64,000 nt of DNA from Polyangia bacterium (GTDB taxonomy: Bacteria; Myxococcota_A; Polyangia; Nannocystales; Nannocystaceae). This document shows positions 9,443 through 20,816 of the stretch, piece after piece (within the stretch, counting starts at the first letter, position 1; every line of letters starts with the position of its first letter). A program made the position numbers and the translations under genes. Location of the stretch: contig JAUIKS010000004.1 of the NCBI GenBank assembly GCA_030430565.1, forward strand, positions 205,992 through 269,991, read 5' to 3'. The notes beneath the pieces were generated by a model. That model saw nothing but the letters and a program-made list of their open reading frames with translations. It did not search any database and was not told the origin of the DNA.

Positions 9443-10645
9443 ATGAGCCGAGATGTCGTGATCGCAAGTGCCGCCCGTACGCCGATTGGGAGCTTCCAGG
9501 GATCGCTCTCCTCCCTGACCGCGCCGACCCTCGGCGCCGCCGCCATCAAGGGCGCGCTCGAGCGGGCGGGGATCTCCGGCGACGAGGTGGACGAGGTGCT
9601 GATGGGCTGCGTGCTGCCGGCGGGTGTCGGCCAGGCGCCGGCCCGGCAGGCGAGCAAGGCCGCCGGCATCCCGGACAGCGTCGGCTGCGTGACCCTCAAC
9701 AAGGTCTGCGGCTCGGGGCTCAAGACCGTCATGTTGGCCGCGCAGGCGATCAAGGCCGGCGACGCCGAGGTCGTGGTCGCGGGCGGCATGGAGAGCATGT
9801 CGAACGCGCCGTACTACCTGCCGAAAGCGCGCAGCGGCTACCGGATGGGCAACGGCGCGCTCGTCGACGGGATGATCCACGACGGCCTGTGGGACCCCTA
9901 CAGCGACTTCCACATGGGGATCGCGGGGGAGCTGTGCGCGAGCGAGTGCGGGATCGGGCGCGAGCGCCAGGACGAGTACGCGGCCGACAGCTACCGGCGG
10001 GCCATCAACGCGGTCAAGGAGGGGCTGTTCCGCGAGGAGATCGTCCCCGTCTCGGTCCCACAGCGGCGTGGCGACCCGGTGGTCGTCAGCGACGACGAGG
10101 AGCCGATGCGCGGCAAGATCGAGAAGCTGCCGAAGCTGCGCACCGCGTTCAAGAAGGACGGCACGATCACCGCAGGCAACGCCTCCTCGATCAACGACGG
10201 CGCCTCGGCGCTGGTCGTGATGTCGCGGGACGAAGCCGACAAGCGCGGCGTCACCCCGCTGGCCGTGATCAAGGGCTACGCCGGGCACGCGCAGGCCCCC
10301 GAGTGGTTCACGACCGCGCCCGCGGGCTCGATCACCGCGCTGCTCGAGAAGACAGGTTTGACGGTCAACGACATCGACCTGTGGGAGATCAACGAGGCCT
10401 TCGCCGTGGTCGCGCTGGTCAACGGCGACAAGCTCGAGATCCCGCGTGAGCGCATGAACGTGCGCGGCGGCGCGGTCGCGATCGGTCACCCGATCGGCTG
10501 CTCCGGCGCGCGCATCCTGACCACGCTGATCTTCGCGCTCAAGCAGGAGGGCAAGCGCTACGGCGTCGCGTCGCTCTGCATCGGCGGCGGCGAGGCGGTC
10601 GCGGTCCTGGTCGAGAACCCGGCGGCGGCGAGCGCCGCCAGCTGA
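9443..10645 (+). CDS. acetyl-CoA C-acetyltransferase (thiolase)
   Basis: 'VIASAARTPIGSFQGSL', 'NKVCGSGLK' (active-site Cys region), C-terminal 'GGGEAVA' thiolase signatures. Confidence 0.85.
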   Translation: MSRDVVIASAARTPIGSFQGSLSSLTAPTLGAAAIKGALERAGISGDEVDEVLMGCVLPAGVGQAPARQASKAAGIPDSVGCVTLNKVCGSGLKTVMLAAQAIKAGDAEVVVAGGMESMSNAPYYLPKARSGYRMGNGALVDGMIHDGLWDPYSDFHMGIAGELCASECGIGRERQDEYAADSYRRAINAVKEGLFREEIVPVSVPQRRGDPVVVSDDEEPMRGKIEKLPKLRTAFKKDGTITAGNASSINDGASALVVMSRDEADKRGVTPLAVIKGYAGHAQAPEWFTTAPAGSITALLEKTGLTVNDIDLWEINEAFAVVALVNGDKLEIPRERMNVRGGAVAIGHPIGCSGARILTTLIFALKQEGKRYGVASLCIGGGEAVAVLVENPAAASAAS

Positions 10646-10697
10646 ACCGCGCACCGAGCGAAGTCGGATCAAACACAGCAATCCAAGGCAGGCAGGC

Positions 10698-11579
10698 ATG
10701 ACGGACGCTTCACAATCCCTCGACTCGATCAAGACGATCGGTGTGCTCGGCGCCGGGCAGATGGGCGGCGGCATCGCGTGGGTCGCGGCCGCCACCGGTT
10801 ACCAGGTGCTGCTCGCGGATCTCGACCTCGCGCACGCCGAGAAGGGCAAGGCGAAGATCGCCAAGGGCCTGCAGCGGCGGGTCGACAAGGGCAAGCTCGA
10901 CGCGGCCGCGCGCGAGGAGATCCTGGCGCGCATCACCCCGGTCGAGAGCATCGCCGGGCTCGCGCCGGCGGACTTCGCCGTCGAGGCCGCGACCGAGAAC
11001 ATCGAGCTGAAGAAGAAGCTGTTCAAGGCGCTCGACGAGGCCATGCCCGCGGGCAAGATCATCGCCTCGAACACCTCCTCGATCAGCATCACGCTGCTCG
11101 CCGCCGTGACCAGCCGCCCCGAGCTGGTCGTCGGCATGCACTTCATGAACCCGGTGCCGGTGATGAAGCTCGTCGAGCTGATCCGCGGGCTGGCGACCAG
11201 CGACGCGACCTACGAGGTCACGGCCGCGCTCGCGCGCAAGCTGGGCAAGACGGTGATCACGAGCAAGGACTGCCCGGGCTTCATCGTCAACCGGATCCTG
11301 ATCCCGCTGATCAACGAGGCTTGCTTCGCGCTGCAGGAGGGGCTCGGATCGGCCGAGGACATCGACACGGGGGCCAAGCTCGGGCTCAACCACCCCATGG
11401 GGCCGCTGCAGCTCGCCGACCTCATCGGCCTCGACACCTGCCTGGCGATCGCCGAGGTCCTGCACCGCGAGCTCGGCGACGATAAGTATCGCCCGGCCAA
11501 CAACCTGCGCATGCACGTCGCGGCCGGCTGGCTCGGGCGCAAGACCGGGCGCGGCTTCTACGACTACAGCAAGCGCTAG
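10698..11579 (+). CDS. 3-hydroxyacyl-CoA / 3-hydroxybutyryl-CoA dehydrogenase
   Basis: Rossmann 'IGVLGAGQMGGGIA' and HBD-family body ('PGFIVNRILIP'). Confidence 0.85.
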   Translation: MTDASQSLDSIKTIGVLGAGQMGGGIAWVAAATGYQVLLADLDLAHAEKGKAKIAKGLQRRVDKGKLDAAAREEILARITPVESIAGLAPADFAVEAATENIELKKKLFKALDEAMPAGKIIASNTSSISITLLAAVTSRPELVVGMHFMNPVPVMKLVELIRGLATSDATYEVTAALARKLGKTVITSKDCPGFIVNRILIPLINEACFALQEGLGSAEDIDTGAKLGLNHPMGPLQLADLIGLDTCLAIAEVLHRELGDDKYRPANNLRMHVAAGWLGRKTGRGFYDYSKR

Positions 11580-11606
11580 TCCCAGACCGCCACGGGAGGC
11601 TTCGAG

Positions 11607-12404
11607 ATGAGCAGCTACACGCACCTCACGATCGCGGATCAGGGCAAGGGCGGCGTCGTCCGGGTCGTCACCATCGATCGGCCCAAGGCCCTCAACGCGC
11701 TCAACCGCGAGGTGGTGCGGGAGCTGACGGCCGTGGTCGACGCGCTCGGAGCCGACCTTGGTAAGACCCGCGGCCTCGTGATCACCGGCGGCGGCCCGAA
11801 GGCCTTCGTCGCCGGCGCCGACATCGCCGCGATGGCGAACATGAGCCCCGAGGAGGCGCGCGCGTTCTCGAGCGAGGGCCACACGCTCGGCTTCAAGCTG
11901 GCCGCGCTGCCGGTCCCGGTGATCGCGGCCGTCAACGGCTTCGCGCTCGGCGGCGGCTGCGAGATCGCGCTGGCCTGCGACTTCATCTACGCCGCCGAGA
12001 ACGCCAAGTTCGGCCAGCCCGAGGTCAACCTCGCGGTCATCCCCGGCTTCGGCGGGACCCAACGGCTGCTGCGTCGCGTCGGCCTGGCCCGCGCGCTCGA
12101 GCTGTGCATGACCGGCGAGATCATCGACGCCGAGGAGGCCCTGCGCGTCGGCCTCGTCAATAAGGTCGTCGCGCGCGGCGAGGTCGTCGACGCCGCTGTA
12201 GCGACCATCGAGACGATCGCCAAGAAAGGCCCGCTCGCGGTCGCGGCCGCCAAGCAGGTGCTGCACAAGGGCGCTGACCTGGTGCTCGCGGCGGCCAACC
12301 AAGAGGAGATCGAGGCCTTCGCCTCGATGTTCGCGACCTCCGATCAGCGCGAGGGCATGGCGGCCTTCCTCGAGAAGCGCCGCGCCGCGTTCACCGGCGA
12401 ATAG
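11607..12404 (+). CDS. enoyl-CoA hydratase (crotonase family)
   Basis: 'VITGGGPKAFVAGADI' and 'ALGGGCEIALACD' crotonase-fold motifs. Confidence 0.8.
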   Translation: MSSYTHLTIADQGKGGVVRVVTIDRPKALNALNREVVRELTAVVDALGADLGKTRGLVITGGGPKAFVAGADIAAMANMSPEEARAFSSEGHTLGFKLAALPVPVIAAVNGFALGGGCEIALACDFIYAAENAKFGQPEVNLAVIPGFGGTQRLLRRVGLARALELCMTGEIIDAEEALRVGLVNKVVARGEVVDAAVATIETIAKKGPLAVAAAKQVLHKGADLVLAAANQEEIEAFASMFATSDQREGMAAFLEKRRAAFTGE

Positions 12405-12440
12405 CCCTACGACCCACGAGAAGCACGAGCGTTTTCGACC

Positions 12441-13586
<1,146 letters not shown>

Positions 13587-13678
13587 TCCGTTCCTACCAG
13601 GAGGCTGGTTCACCCCGGCTTTGGAGGAGGCCTTGCGCTAGACCGACTCCAGGGCCGAAAATCGACGGAGGAGACACC

Positions 13679-14221
13679 TTGATGACGAGCGGCACGCGAA
13701 TCTTGAGTGCTTGTGTGGTGGTCCTGGCGGCGGCATCGCTGGCCACGGGCTGCGCGAGCAAGCGGCAGACCGAGAAGCAGAACAACAACGAGGGTGACCT
13801 ATTCTCGCAGTACGACGGCGCGAACTACGACGACATGGAGACCGTCGAGGGCGACGAGGTCGACGACCAGGGCGACAGCGTCGCGCCGGGCACCCTGCAG
13901 AACATCAAGGACACGATCGAGAACGTCTACGAGCGCGACTTCGGTCGCTGCTTGCAGAAGGACATGGACGCGTTCGAGAACCGCTGGATCGCCGGCACGT
14001 TCACGCTGTCCGTCACGATCAACACCGAGGGCAAGGTCATCGGCGCCGAGCTGACGCAGATCGACATCGAGGAGCGCAAGGTCCCGAAGGGTAAGACGGC
14101 GCGCAAGGCCGAGATCTTCCCGGGCTGCGTCGAGGAGTCGGCCTACAAGTGGGAGTTCGATCCGCCGCCCGAGATCGAGTACACGCACACCTACAGCGGC
14201 AAGGTCGGCGAGGCGTTCTAG
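13679..14221 (+). CDS. hypothetical lipoprotein
   Basis: Signal/lipobox 'VLAAASLATGC'; inserted between the two ACAD genes. Confidence 0.45.
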   Translation: MMTSGTRILSACVVVLAAASLATGCASKRQTEKQNNNEGDLFSQYDGANYDDMETVEGDEVDDQGDSVAPGTLQNIKDTIENVYERDFGRCLQKDMDAFENRWIAGTFTLSVTINTEGKVIGAELTQIDIEERKVPKGKTARKAEIFPGCVEESAYKWEFDPPPEIEYTHTYSGKVGEAF

Positions 14222-14381
14222 CTGATCGGGCGCGTCGTCACCGGCGCGCGTATCTCCAGGCCGCGTTGCGACAGCTCGTCGCGCGCGGCCTGCTGGATCG
14301 GGAGCCCGAACTGGCGGGCTGTCAGATCTGGACGATCGGCCAGGTATAGCGATCGTCCGGGAAAGGCACAGGCGCGAGCAC

Positions 14382-15536
14382 GTGGACTTCTCTCCCAACG
14401 AGACACAGCAGCTGATCGCGGACAGCGCGCGGCAATTCGCCGAGCGAGTGCTCGCGCCGCGGGCCGCCGAGCTCGACCGCGAGGGCGGTTTTCCGGCCGA
14501 CAGCTTGGCCCAGGCGGCCGAGCTGGGGCTCTTGGGGATCAACGTCCCCGAGGAGCTGGGGGGCGTCGAGGCCGGCGCGGTCGCCTACGCGCTCGCGGTC
14601 ATCGAGTTAGCCCGCGCCTGCGCCAGCACGACCGTGGCGATGACGGTCAGCAACATGGTCGCCGAGGTCATCACGCACTTCGGGACCGAGGAGCAGAAGA
14701 CCGAACATGTCCCGAAGCTCTGCTCGGGCGAGTACGTGGTCGGCGGCTTCGCGCTCTCCGAGTCCGGGGCCGGCAGCGACCCGGGCGGGATGCTCACGCG
14801 GGCGGTCAGGACCGACCGCGGCTGGGTCATGAACGGCTCGAAGCTGTGGATCACGAGCGGGACCGACGCCGGGCTGTTCGTGGTCTGGGCGCGGACCAAC
14901 GACGCGCCTGGCCCGAGGGGCATCAGCGCGTTCCTGGTCCGGGGCGACACGCCCGGGCTCGTGCGCGGCAAGCCGGAGCACAAGCTCGGGCAGCACGGCA
15001 GCACGACGACGCCGCTGGAGTTCCACGACATGGAGCTGCCCGCGGAGGCGCTGCTCTCGGAGGAGGGCCGGGGCTTTCGCGTGGCGATGATGGCGCTCGA
15101 CGGCGGCCGGATCGGGATCTCGAGCCTGGCGCTGGGCTGCGGCGGCGCGGCGCTGGACTGCGCCCGCGACTACGCCCTCGATCGCAAGCAATTCGGCCAG
15201 CCGATCTCGCAGTTCCAGGCGATCCAGTGGCTGCTGGCGGACAGCGCCACCGAGCTCGAGGCCGGGCGCTCGCTGCTCCTGCGGGCGGCCTGGCGCAAGG
15301 AGCAGGGCCAGCGCTTCACCCGCGAGGCCTCGATCGCCAAGCTGTTCACGACCGAGAAGGCCTACGCGGCCTGTGACCGCGCGATCCAGGTGCTGGGCGG
15401 CTACGGCTACACGCGCGAGTTCCCGGTCGAGCGCTACCTCCGTGATGTTCGCGTGACGCGGATCTTCGAGGGGACGAGCGAGATCCAGCGCATCGTGATC
15501 AGCCGCGATATCATCCGACGCTTCGACAGCAATTAG
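14382..15536 (+). CDS. acyl-CoA dehydrogenase (second copy)
   Basis: ACAD pattern, 'LSESGAGSDPGG', C-terminal 'QVLGGYGYTREFPVERYLRDVRVTRIFEGTSEIQ'; GTG start. Confidence 0.8.
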   Translation: MDFSPNETQQLIADSARQFAERVLAPRAAELDREGGFPADSLAQAAELGLLGINVPEELGGVEAGAVAYALAVIELARACASTTVAMTVSNMVAEVITHFGTEEQKTEHVPKLCSGEYVVGGFALSESGAGSDPGGMLTRAVRTDRGWVMNGSKLWITSGTDAGLFVVWARTNDAPGPRGISAFLVRGDTPGLVRGKPEHKLGQHGSTTTPLEFHDMELPAEALLSEEGRGFRVAMMALDGGRIGISSLALGCGGAALDCARDYALDRKQFGQPISQFQAIQWLLADSATELEAGRSLLLRAAWRKEQGQRFTREASIAKLFTTEKAYAACDRAIQVLGGYGYTREFPVERYLRDVRVTRIFEGTSEIQRIVISRDIIRRFDSN

Positions 15537-15551
15537 CGATCGCCGAGGACT

Positions 15552-16130
15552 ATGAGCGAGGACGGTTCAGGGAAGAACGCCCACGAGGACGCGCGCGCGG
15601 CCGCGGCCGCGCAGATGGCCGCCGCGATGTCTGCGCTCGGGCCCCAGGGGGTCGAGCGCCTCAAGAAGGCGATGCGGCGCCGGGCGATGTTTTTTGGCCT
15701 CGGCTTCGCGGTGGTCCTGGTCGGCCTGTTCTTACCGGCGAGCCTCGGGCTGCCGGTCTTCGTGCCGTCGCTCGTGATGATCGGCGGCGGCGCGCTGGCG
15801 CTGATGGGGTTGCTCGGGCCGCAGCGCGGCTCGGGGTGCATGGCCTACGTGACGGGTTTTACGTGGCTCCTAGCGATCGGCTGCGGGATGGTGACGGAGG
15901 TCGTCGCGGTCCAGTACGCGCTGGCGGGCTCGGCCTTCGTGTTCGCGCTGCTGTCGCTGCTGCTGCCGAAGCCGCGCGAGAAGGGTCCGCTGTCGATGAT
16001 GGCGAACATGGCGAACATGGCGACGCAGGCCCAGAACGGCGGGGGCGGGGGCGGCAACCTCGGGAACATGCTCGGGCAGCAGATGCGCGCGAAGGATCGC
16101 GTGATCGACGTCGACGCTGAGGAGACGTAG
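15552..16130 (+). CDS. hypothetical membrane protein
   Basis: Several predicted TM helices, Gly-rich tail; no recognised motif. Confidence 0.4.
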   Translation: MSEDGSGKNAHEDARAAAAAQMAAAMSALGPQGVERLKKAMRRRAMFFGLGFAVVLVGLFLPASLGLPVFVPSLVMIGGGALALMGLLGPQRGSGCMAYVTGFTWLLAIGCGMVTEVVAVQYALAGSAFVFALLSLLLPKPREKGPLSMMANMANMATQAQNGGGGGGNLGNMLGQQMRAKDRVIDVDAEET

Positions 16131-16140
16131 ACGGGGGGCC

Positions 16141-16480
16141 CTCGCCCTTGGGGGACGGGCGCTGCTTGCGGATGTCACGAGGCCTTTCGCTTTGATGGCG
16201 CTTTTTGATCTGTGCCGCGGGGCTCTTGGGGAGCGATGTGGCTTTTCGCTTTGGATGGCGCTTTTTGATCTGTGCAGCGGGGCGGAGAGGACGGGGCGGG
16301 GGGCGCTACTTGCGGGACGCGCATGACCGACGCCCTTTGGGCGCCGGTCATACGACCCCCCGCCCCGTCCTCTCCGCCCCGCTGCGCTGGTTCGTGAACG
16401 GTGCACCGGTTGGTTGGCTCGAACTTCGCGCGGGCGTCACGGGAGCGACGCCCTTTGGGCGCCGTTCCCATGCGCTCGGT
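16141..16480. repeat. repeat-dense intergenic region: two ~41-bp direct repeats plus a nested long perfect inverted repeat and a duplicated 17-mer hairpin
   Basis: Direct repeats at ~16183-16223 and ~16241-16282 (cgctttgatggcgctttttgatctgtgc[c/a]gcggggc); 20-bp arms ggagaggacggggcgggggg (16285-16304) / ccccccgccccgtcctctcc (16357-16376) enclosing a nested palindrome catgaccg...cggtcat around gacgccctttgggcgcc, which recurs at 16447-16463. Confidence 0.55.
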
Positions 16481-16546
16481 GCTGTTAGCTCCTTCTCGAG
16501 CGCTGAGAACGTGTGCGTGATCGGATATGACCCACCGGCCAGGAAA

Positions 16547-17882
16547 TCAGAGGAAGAACACGAGGCCGGCCTGGAACACGGGGCGGACGTTGTAGGGGGT
16601 GAGCAGGGGCAGCTCTAGGGGCTGGCAGGCCTCGGTGCAGCGGAGCGTGAGCGCGGTGTCGCTGAACACGTCGACGCCGCCGCCGAAGTGCAGGCCGAAG
16701 ACGGGGGTGGGCTTGACGACGACGCGCAGGCGCGGCGCGAAGCCGTAGCCGAACAGCGAGGGCGTCTCGAGGCGGATGTCGTAGGAGACATCCGCGTTGT
16801 CCTGATCGGGGCAGATCCCGGACTCGTCGAAGCCGGTCTCGCAGTGGGCGGTGAACTCCATCGTGATCGGGTCGAGGATGAAGCCGAGCTCGCCTTCGAA
16901 GCCGATGATGCTCCACACGCGGTGGTAGCCGAGCAGCGCGTGGGCCGGGTGGCGCTGGATCGAGCCGGTGACGAAGGGGGGGCCAGGGATGTCCTGCTGG
17001 ACGCTGATCGGGGCGACGGCTTGGTAGCCGCCCGCGACGTACAAGCCGAGGCGCGAGAGCCAGCCGGCGGTGATGAGCACGCCGCTCTGCCACGGGACGG
17101 TCGCGGCGAGGTGGTTGCCGAGGTAGTCGACGGTGACGCGCGCGTAGCCCTTGGGCCGCGTCGGTTTTGCGGGGGTCGTGGCCGGTTGCGGGGGCGCGGT
17201 CGGGGGGGCGAAGCGCGGGGGAGGAGGGGCGCGGCGCTCGGGACCCTCGGGCTGCTTCGGCTTCGGTTCCTCGGGCCGCGGCTTCGGCTCCTCGGGCAAC
17301 GGGGTCGCCAGCGCGGCGCGGGTGATCACCGCCATGTTGTCGATCATCGCGTCCGGGCTCCCAGGGACCGCGCCGATCATCCGCGGGTTGGGCTTGGGCC
17401 GCCGGGGGTCCAGGGTGTTGAGCTCGACGCTGCCTTCGGCGGTCGGGATGAACCACACGACGAGCTTGGCGCCCTGTTCGTCGGCGAGGCGACGGGCCTC
17501 GGCCTCCCAGCCGGCGGGGCTGGGGTCGGCGGGGTCGACGAGCACCGCGATGAACTCGGCGTCGAGCACGGCGAGCTCGGCGGCGAAGGTCTCGCGGATG
17601 TACTCGGCGCGCTCGGGCGGGTTGGCGGCGTCGATGAGCAGGAGGACACGACGGGGCTGCGGTCGCGGCTCGGGCGACTGTGACGAAGGCTGTGACGCGG
17701 GTTGCGACGCGGGTTGTGACGCGGGTTGTGACGCGGGCTGTGGTGGCGCCGCGTCGACAAAGAGCGGAGTGAGGGACAGCGGCCCCACGAGCACCCAGGA
17801 GGCGAGCCGTTGTGGGGACGGCGGTGTCCACCAGCACTCACGGCGCGGATGGTTCGCGGGGCGGCTCGGCCGGACGACCATG
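16547..17882 (-). CDS. outer-membrane beta-barrel-like protein with N-terminal Pro-rich/repeat linker
   Basis: C-terminal alternating hydrophobic pattern ending in '...GLVFFL' (terminal aromatic), 'QPASQPASQPASQPAS' repeat, PxP-rich segment; start uncertain (ORF opens 18007). Confidence 0.4.
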
Positions 17883-17940
17883 GAAATCTCAGTATGCCAG
17901 CGCCTGAGACCACACGGTTGAGATCGAGTATGGTGCGCCG

Positions 17941-19335
17941 ATGAACGGCGTGAATACGGTCGAGGCGGCGGGGGCGAGTGCGACGAGTTCGAGCGAGCCG
18001 CGGTCACCGGAGCCGGTTCGGATCTTCAGCGTCGCCCACGGCGGCGCGGGCGTGGGCCGTAGAATCAGCGAGGCGGACGGCGCGACCGTCGGCGAGCACC
18101 CCGAGACCCGGACGTGGCTGGTCGAGGGGGCGCTGCCCGGGGAGATCGTCCAGGCCCGACGCACGCAGACCGAGAAGCGGCTGATCCGCGGTGAGACGAT
18201 CGAGGTCTCGATGGCGAGCGAGCACCGGGTGGAGGCGCCGTGCTCGCTGTTTCGGACCTGCGGGGGCTGTAACTGGCAGCACGTCGCGGCCCCGGCCCAG
18301 CTCGAGCTCAAGCGGCAGATCGTCGCCGGGCAGCTGCGCCGGATCGTCGATGTCGTGGAGCTCGGCGCGGCGTCGTCGGAGGCCCTCGGGTACCGCCGGC
18401 GCGCGCGGCTGCACTACGAGCGTGACGCGGGCGGCGCGTGGCGCCTCGGCTTCCTGCGCGCGCGCAGCCGCGAGCTGGTGGATGTCCCGCGCTGCGTCGT
18501 GCTCGACGCGTCCCTGCAGCACGCGCTGACGCGGATCCGCGAGCTCGCCCCGCTGCTGCCCGAGCGCGGTGAGCTGGTCGCGCTCAGCGACGGCGCGCGG
18601 GCGCTCATCGGCCTGCCGGGTGTGCGGCCCGGGCCGGCGATCGAGCAGGCGGCCGCGCAGCTGCTCGACGACGTGCTCGTCGGGGTCAGCGTCCGCGGCG
18701 GTCGCCAGCGCAAGAGCATCGGTCAGCCCCGCCTCGAGATCGACGGTCCGAGCGCGGAGGGGGAGCCGGTCGGGATCCAGGTCAGCCCGTTCGTGTTCAC
18801 CCAGGCCCAGGGGGCGGTCAACCGCGCGCTCGTCCGCTACGTGCACGAGCAGGCCCAGCCGGCCGGGAAGCGGGTGCTGGAGCTCTACGCCGGCGCCGGG
18901 AACTTCACGCGCCTGCTGGCGACGACGGCGAAGCGCGTGTTCGCGATCGATGACCACCGCGAGGCGACCGCGTGTCTGCAGGCGCTGGTCGAGCGCTACG
19001 GGCTGCCCGTCTCGGTGCGCAGCGGCAAGTCGGAGACCTTCATCGGCAAGCTCGCGCGCTCGTCCCAGCCACGTCGCGCCAAGTACGATGTCGTCGTCCT
19101 GGATCCGCCCCGCCGCGGCCTGGGCCGCCAGCCCTCGCGCTGGCTCAGCGGCCTGCAGCCTGAGCGCATCGTCTACGTGTCCTGCGACCCGGCGACCTTG
19201 GCCCGTGACCTCGAGATCCTGAGCAAGAACGGATACGCGGTCGAGCGCGTGCGCGTCTTCGATCTCATGCCCATGACCTCGGAGGTCGAGGTCGTGGCGA
19301 CGCTGGTCTCGAAGGCCCGCGGGAGCGCGGCGTGA
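17941..19335 (+). CDS. rlmD: 23S rRNA (uracil-5)-methyltransferase RlmD/RumA family
   Basis: TRAM-like N-terminus, 4-Cys cluster 'CSLFRTCGGCNWQH', SAM-MTase 'LELYAGAGNFT', 'VYVSCDPATLARD'. Confidence 0.7.
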   Translation: MNGVNTVEAAGASATSSSEPRSPEPVRIFSVAHGGAGVGRRISEADGATVGEHPETRTWLVEGALPGEIVQARRTQTEKRLIRGETIEVSMASEHRVEAPCSLFRTCGGCNWQHVAAPAQLELKRQIVAGQLRRIVDVVELGAASSEALGYRRRARLHYERDAGGAWRLGFLRARSRELVDVPRCVVLDASLQHALTRIRELAPLLPERGELVALSDGARALIGLPGVRPGPAIEQAAAQLLDDVLVGVSVRGGRQRKSIGQPRLEIDGPSAEGEPVGIQVSPFVFTQAQGAVNRALVRYVHEQAQPAGKRVLELYAGAGNFTRLLATTAKRVFAIDDHREATACLQALVERYGLPVSVRSGKSETFIGKLARSSQPRRAKYDVVVLDPPRRGLGRQPSRWLSGLQPERIVYVSCDPATLARDLEILSKNGYAVERVRVFDLMPMTSEVEVVATLVSKARGSAA

Positions 19336-20462
19336 ACGCGGCCCGTGGACGCGCCCGCGGCCGTGAGGGCGGCGGCGGGAGCCCGCTGCCCGCCGCCCTC
19401 GCGGCCGGCAAGCTCGCGCCCGTGTACGTGCTCTACGGCGATGAGCCGGCGGCCATCCGCGCGGTCGTCGAGCAGATCCGACACGCCGTGATCCCGCCCG
19501 ACGACGCGGCGGCCACGTCGATGGCGGCGTTTAATCACGAGCGCTTTGACGGCGTCGACGTGCGCTCGGCCTCGCAGGTGCTCGAGGCCTGTCAGCAGAT
19601 CCCGATGATGTCGAAGCACCGGCTCGTCGAGCTGGCCAACCCCGGCGACCTCGGCAGCAAGCGCGCCGCGGACGAAGACGCGCCCACGTCGACCCGCGAT
19701 GGGGCGATGGCGGCGCTCGCCGCCTACATAGCCAACCCCTCGCCGACGACCGTGTTGGTGATCCACGGCTCGGGGATCGACGGGCGCTCCAAGCTCGTCA
19801 ACGCGGCCAAGAAATCCGGCTGGGCGCACAAGTTCGCGGGCCTCGAGCGCGAGAGCGACGCGCTCGACTACGTGATCGGCGAGATCGGTCGGCGCCAGCG
19901 CTCGATCGACAAGGACGCCGCCCGCGACTTGGTGGCGTCTGTCGGCAAGAAGCAGACCGAGCTCTTGGAGGCCATCGATCGGGTGGTGCTCTACATCGGC
20001 GAGCGACGCGCGATCTCGATCGCCGACGTGCACGCGGTCGTGGCCAACACGCGGGAGGCCGACGTCTTCGCGCTGACCGACGCGGTGGGGCGTGGGCGGC
20101 ACCACGAGGCGCTCTCGATCCTGCTGGCGATGTTTCGCGGCGGCGAGAAGGACGCGGGGACCTCGCTGCGGCTGTTCGCGCTGCTCACGCGGCACATGCG
20201 GTTGGTGTTCGCCGCCAAGTTCGCGCCGCGGGGCCAGGCGCCCGCGGTGCTCGGGTTGCCGCCGTTTATCGCCAACAAGTACCTGCAGCAGGCCGGGCAG
20301 TTTAACGAGCCGCGTCTGCGGGCCGCCTACGCGGCGCTCGTGCGTCTCGACCACGACCTCAAGGGCGGCTCATACGTCGCCTACCAGTCGCCCTACATGG
20401 CGCTGCAGCGGTGGATCCTGGAGGTCTGCCAGGCCTTGCCCGGGGTCGAGCCGCGGCGCTGA
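19332..20462 (+). CDS. holA: DNA polymerase III delta subunit
   Basis: N-terminus 'LAPVYVLYGDEPAAI...' and overall HolA-like helical pattern; start overlaps rlmD stop (GTGA). Confidence 0.65.
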   Translation: MNAARGRARGREGGGGSPLPAALAAGKLAPVYVLYGDEPAAIRAVVEQIRHAVIPPDDAAATSMAAFNHERFDGVDVRSASQVLEACQQIPMMSKHRLVELANPGDLGSKRAADEDAPTSTRDGAMAALAAYIANPSPTTVLVIHGSGIDGRSKLVNAAKKSGWAHKFAGLERESDALDYVIGEIGRRQRSIDKDAARDLVASVGKKQTELLEAIDRVVLYIGERRAISIADVHAVVANTREADVFALTDAVGRGRHHEALSILLAMFRGGEKDAGTSLRLFALLTRHMRLVFAAKFAPRGQAPAVLGLPPFIANKYLQQAGQFNEPRLRAAYAALVRLDHDLKGGSYVAYQSPYMALQRWILEVCQALPGVEPRR

Positions 20463-20494
20463 GCCGTCGACGAGCGCGGTAGACCGTTAACGCA

Positions 20495-20521
20495 GAAAGC
20501 CCGCGTACCGTGGGTACGCGG
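20495..20521. terminator. hairpin between convergent holA and rpsT (possible bidirectional terminator)
   Basis: cccgcgtacc-gtg-ggtacgcggg 10-bp stem; weak T-tract on minus strand. Confidence 0.35.
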
Positions 20522-20546
20522 GTCTGACTGGTGTTGCCGGGAGGAG

Positions 20547-20816
20547 CTAGGCCTCGGCGGTGGCGCGGTTGACCGCGAGCTGGATGCGCGAGGTGTAGCG
20601 CGACGCGGTCTTGCTGTGGATGACGCCCTTGGAGTTGGCCTTGCCGATGGCCTTGAGCGCGAGCGGCAGGGCCGCCTGGGCGGCCTCGAGGTCCTTGCTG
20701 TCCAACGCCTTGCGCACACGCTTCATGTACGTCCGCATGGTGCTGAGGTGCAGGAGGTTCCGCGAGCGTCGCTTGATCCGCTGTCGGTTTCGTTTCTCTG
20801 CCTGCTTGTGATTCGC
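20547..20816 (-). CDS. rpsT: 30S ribosomal protein S20
   Basis: '(M)ANHKQAEKRNRQRIKRRSRNLLHLSTMRTYMKRVRKAL...' classic S20; GTG start. Confidence 0.85.
   Translation of the reverse strand, partial: ANHKQAEKRNRQRIKRRSRNLLHLSTMRTYMKRVRKALDSKDLEAAQAALPLALKAIGKANSKGVIHSKTASRYTSRIQLAVNRATAEA

Noticed and set aside
16175-16471. 98-aa minus-strand ORF inside the repeat-dense intergenic region
   Set aside because: Spans direct and inverted DNA repeats. The reading frame is a by-product of the palindromes, and there is no start context.
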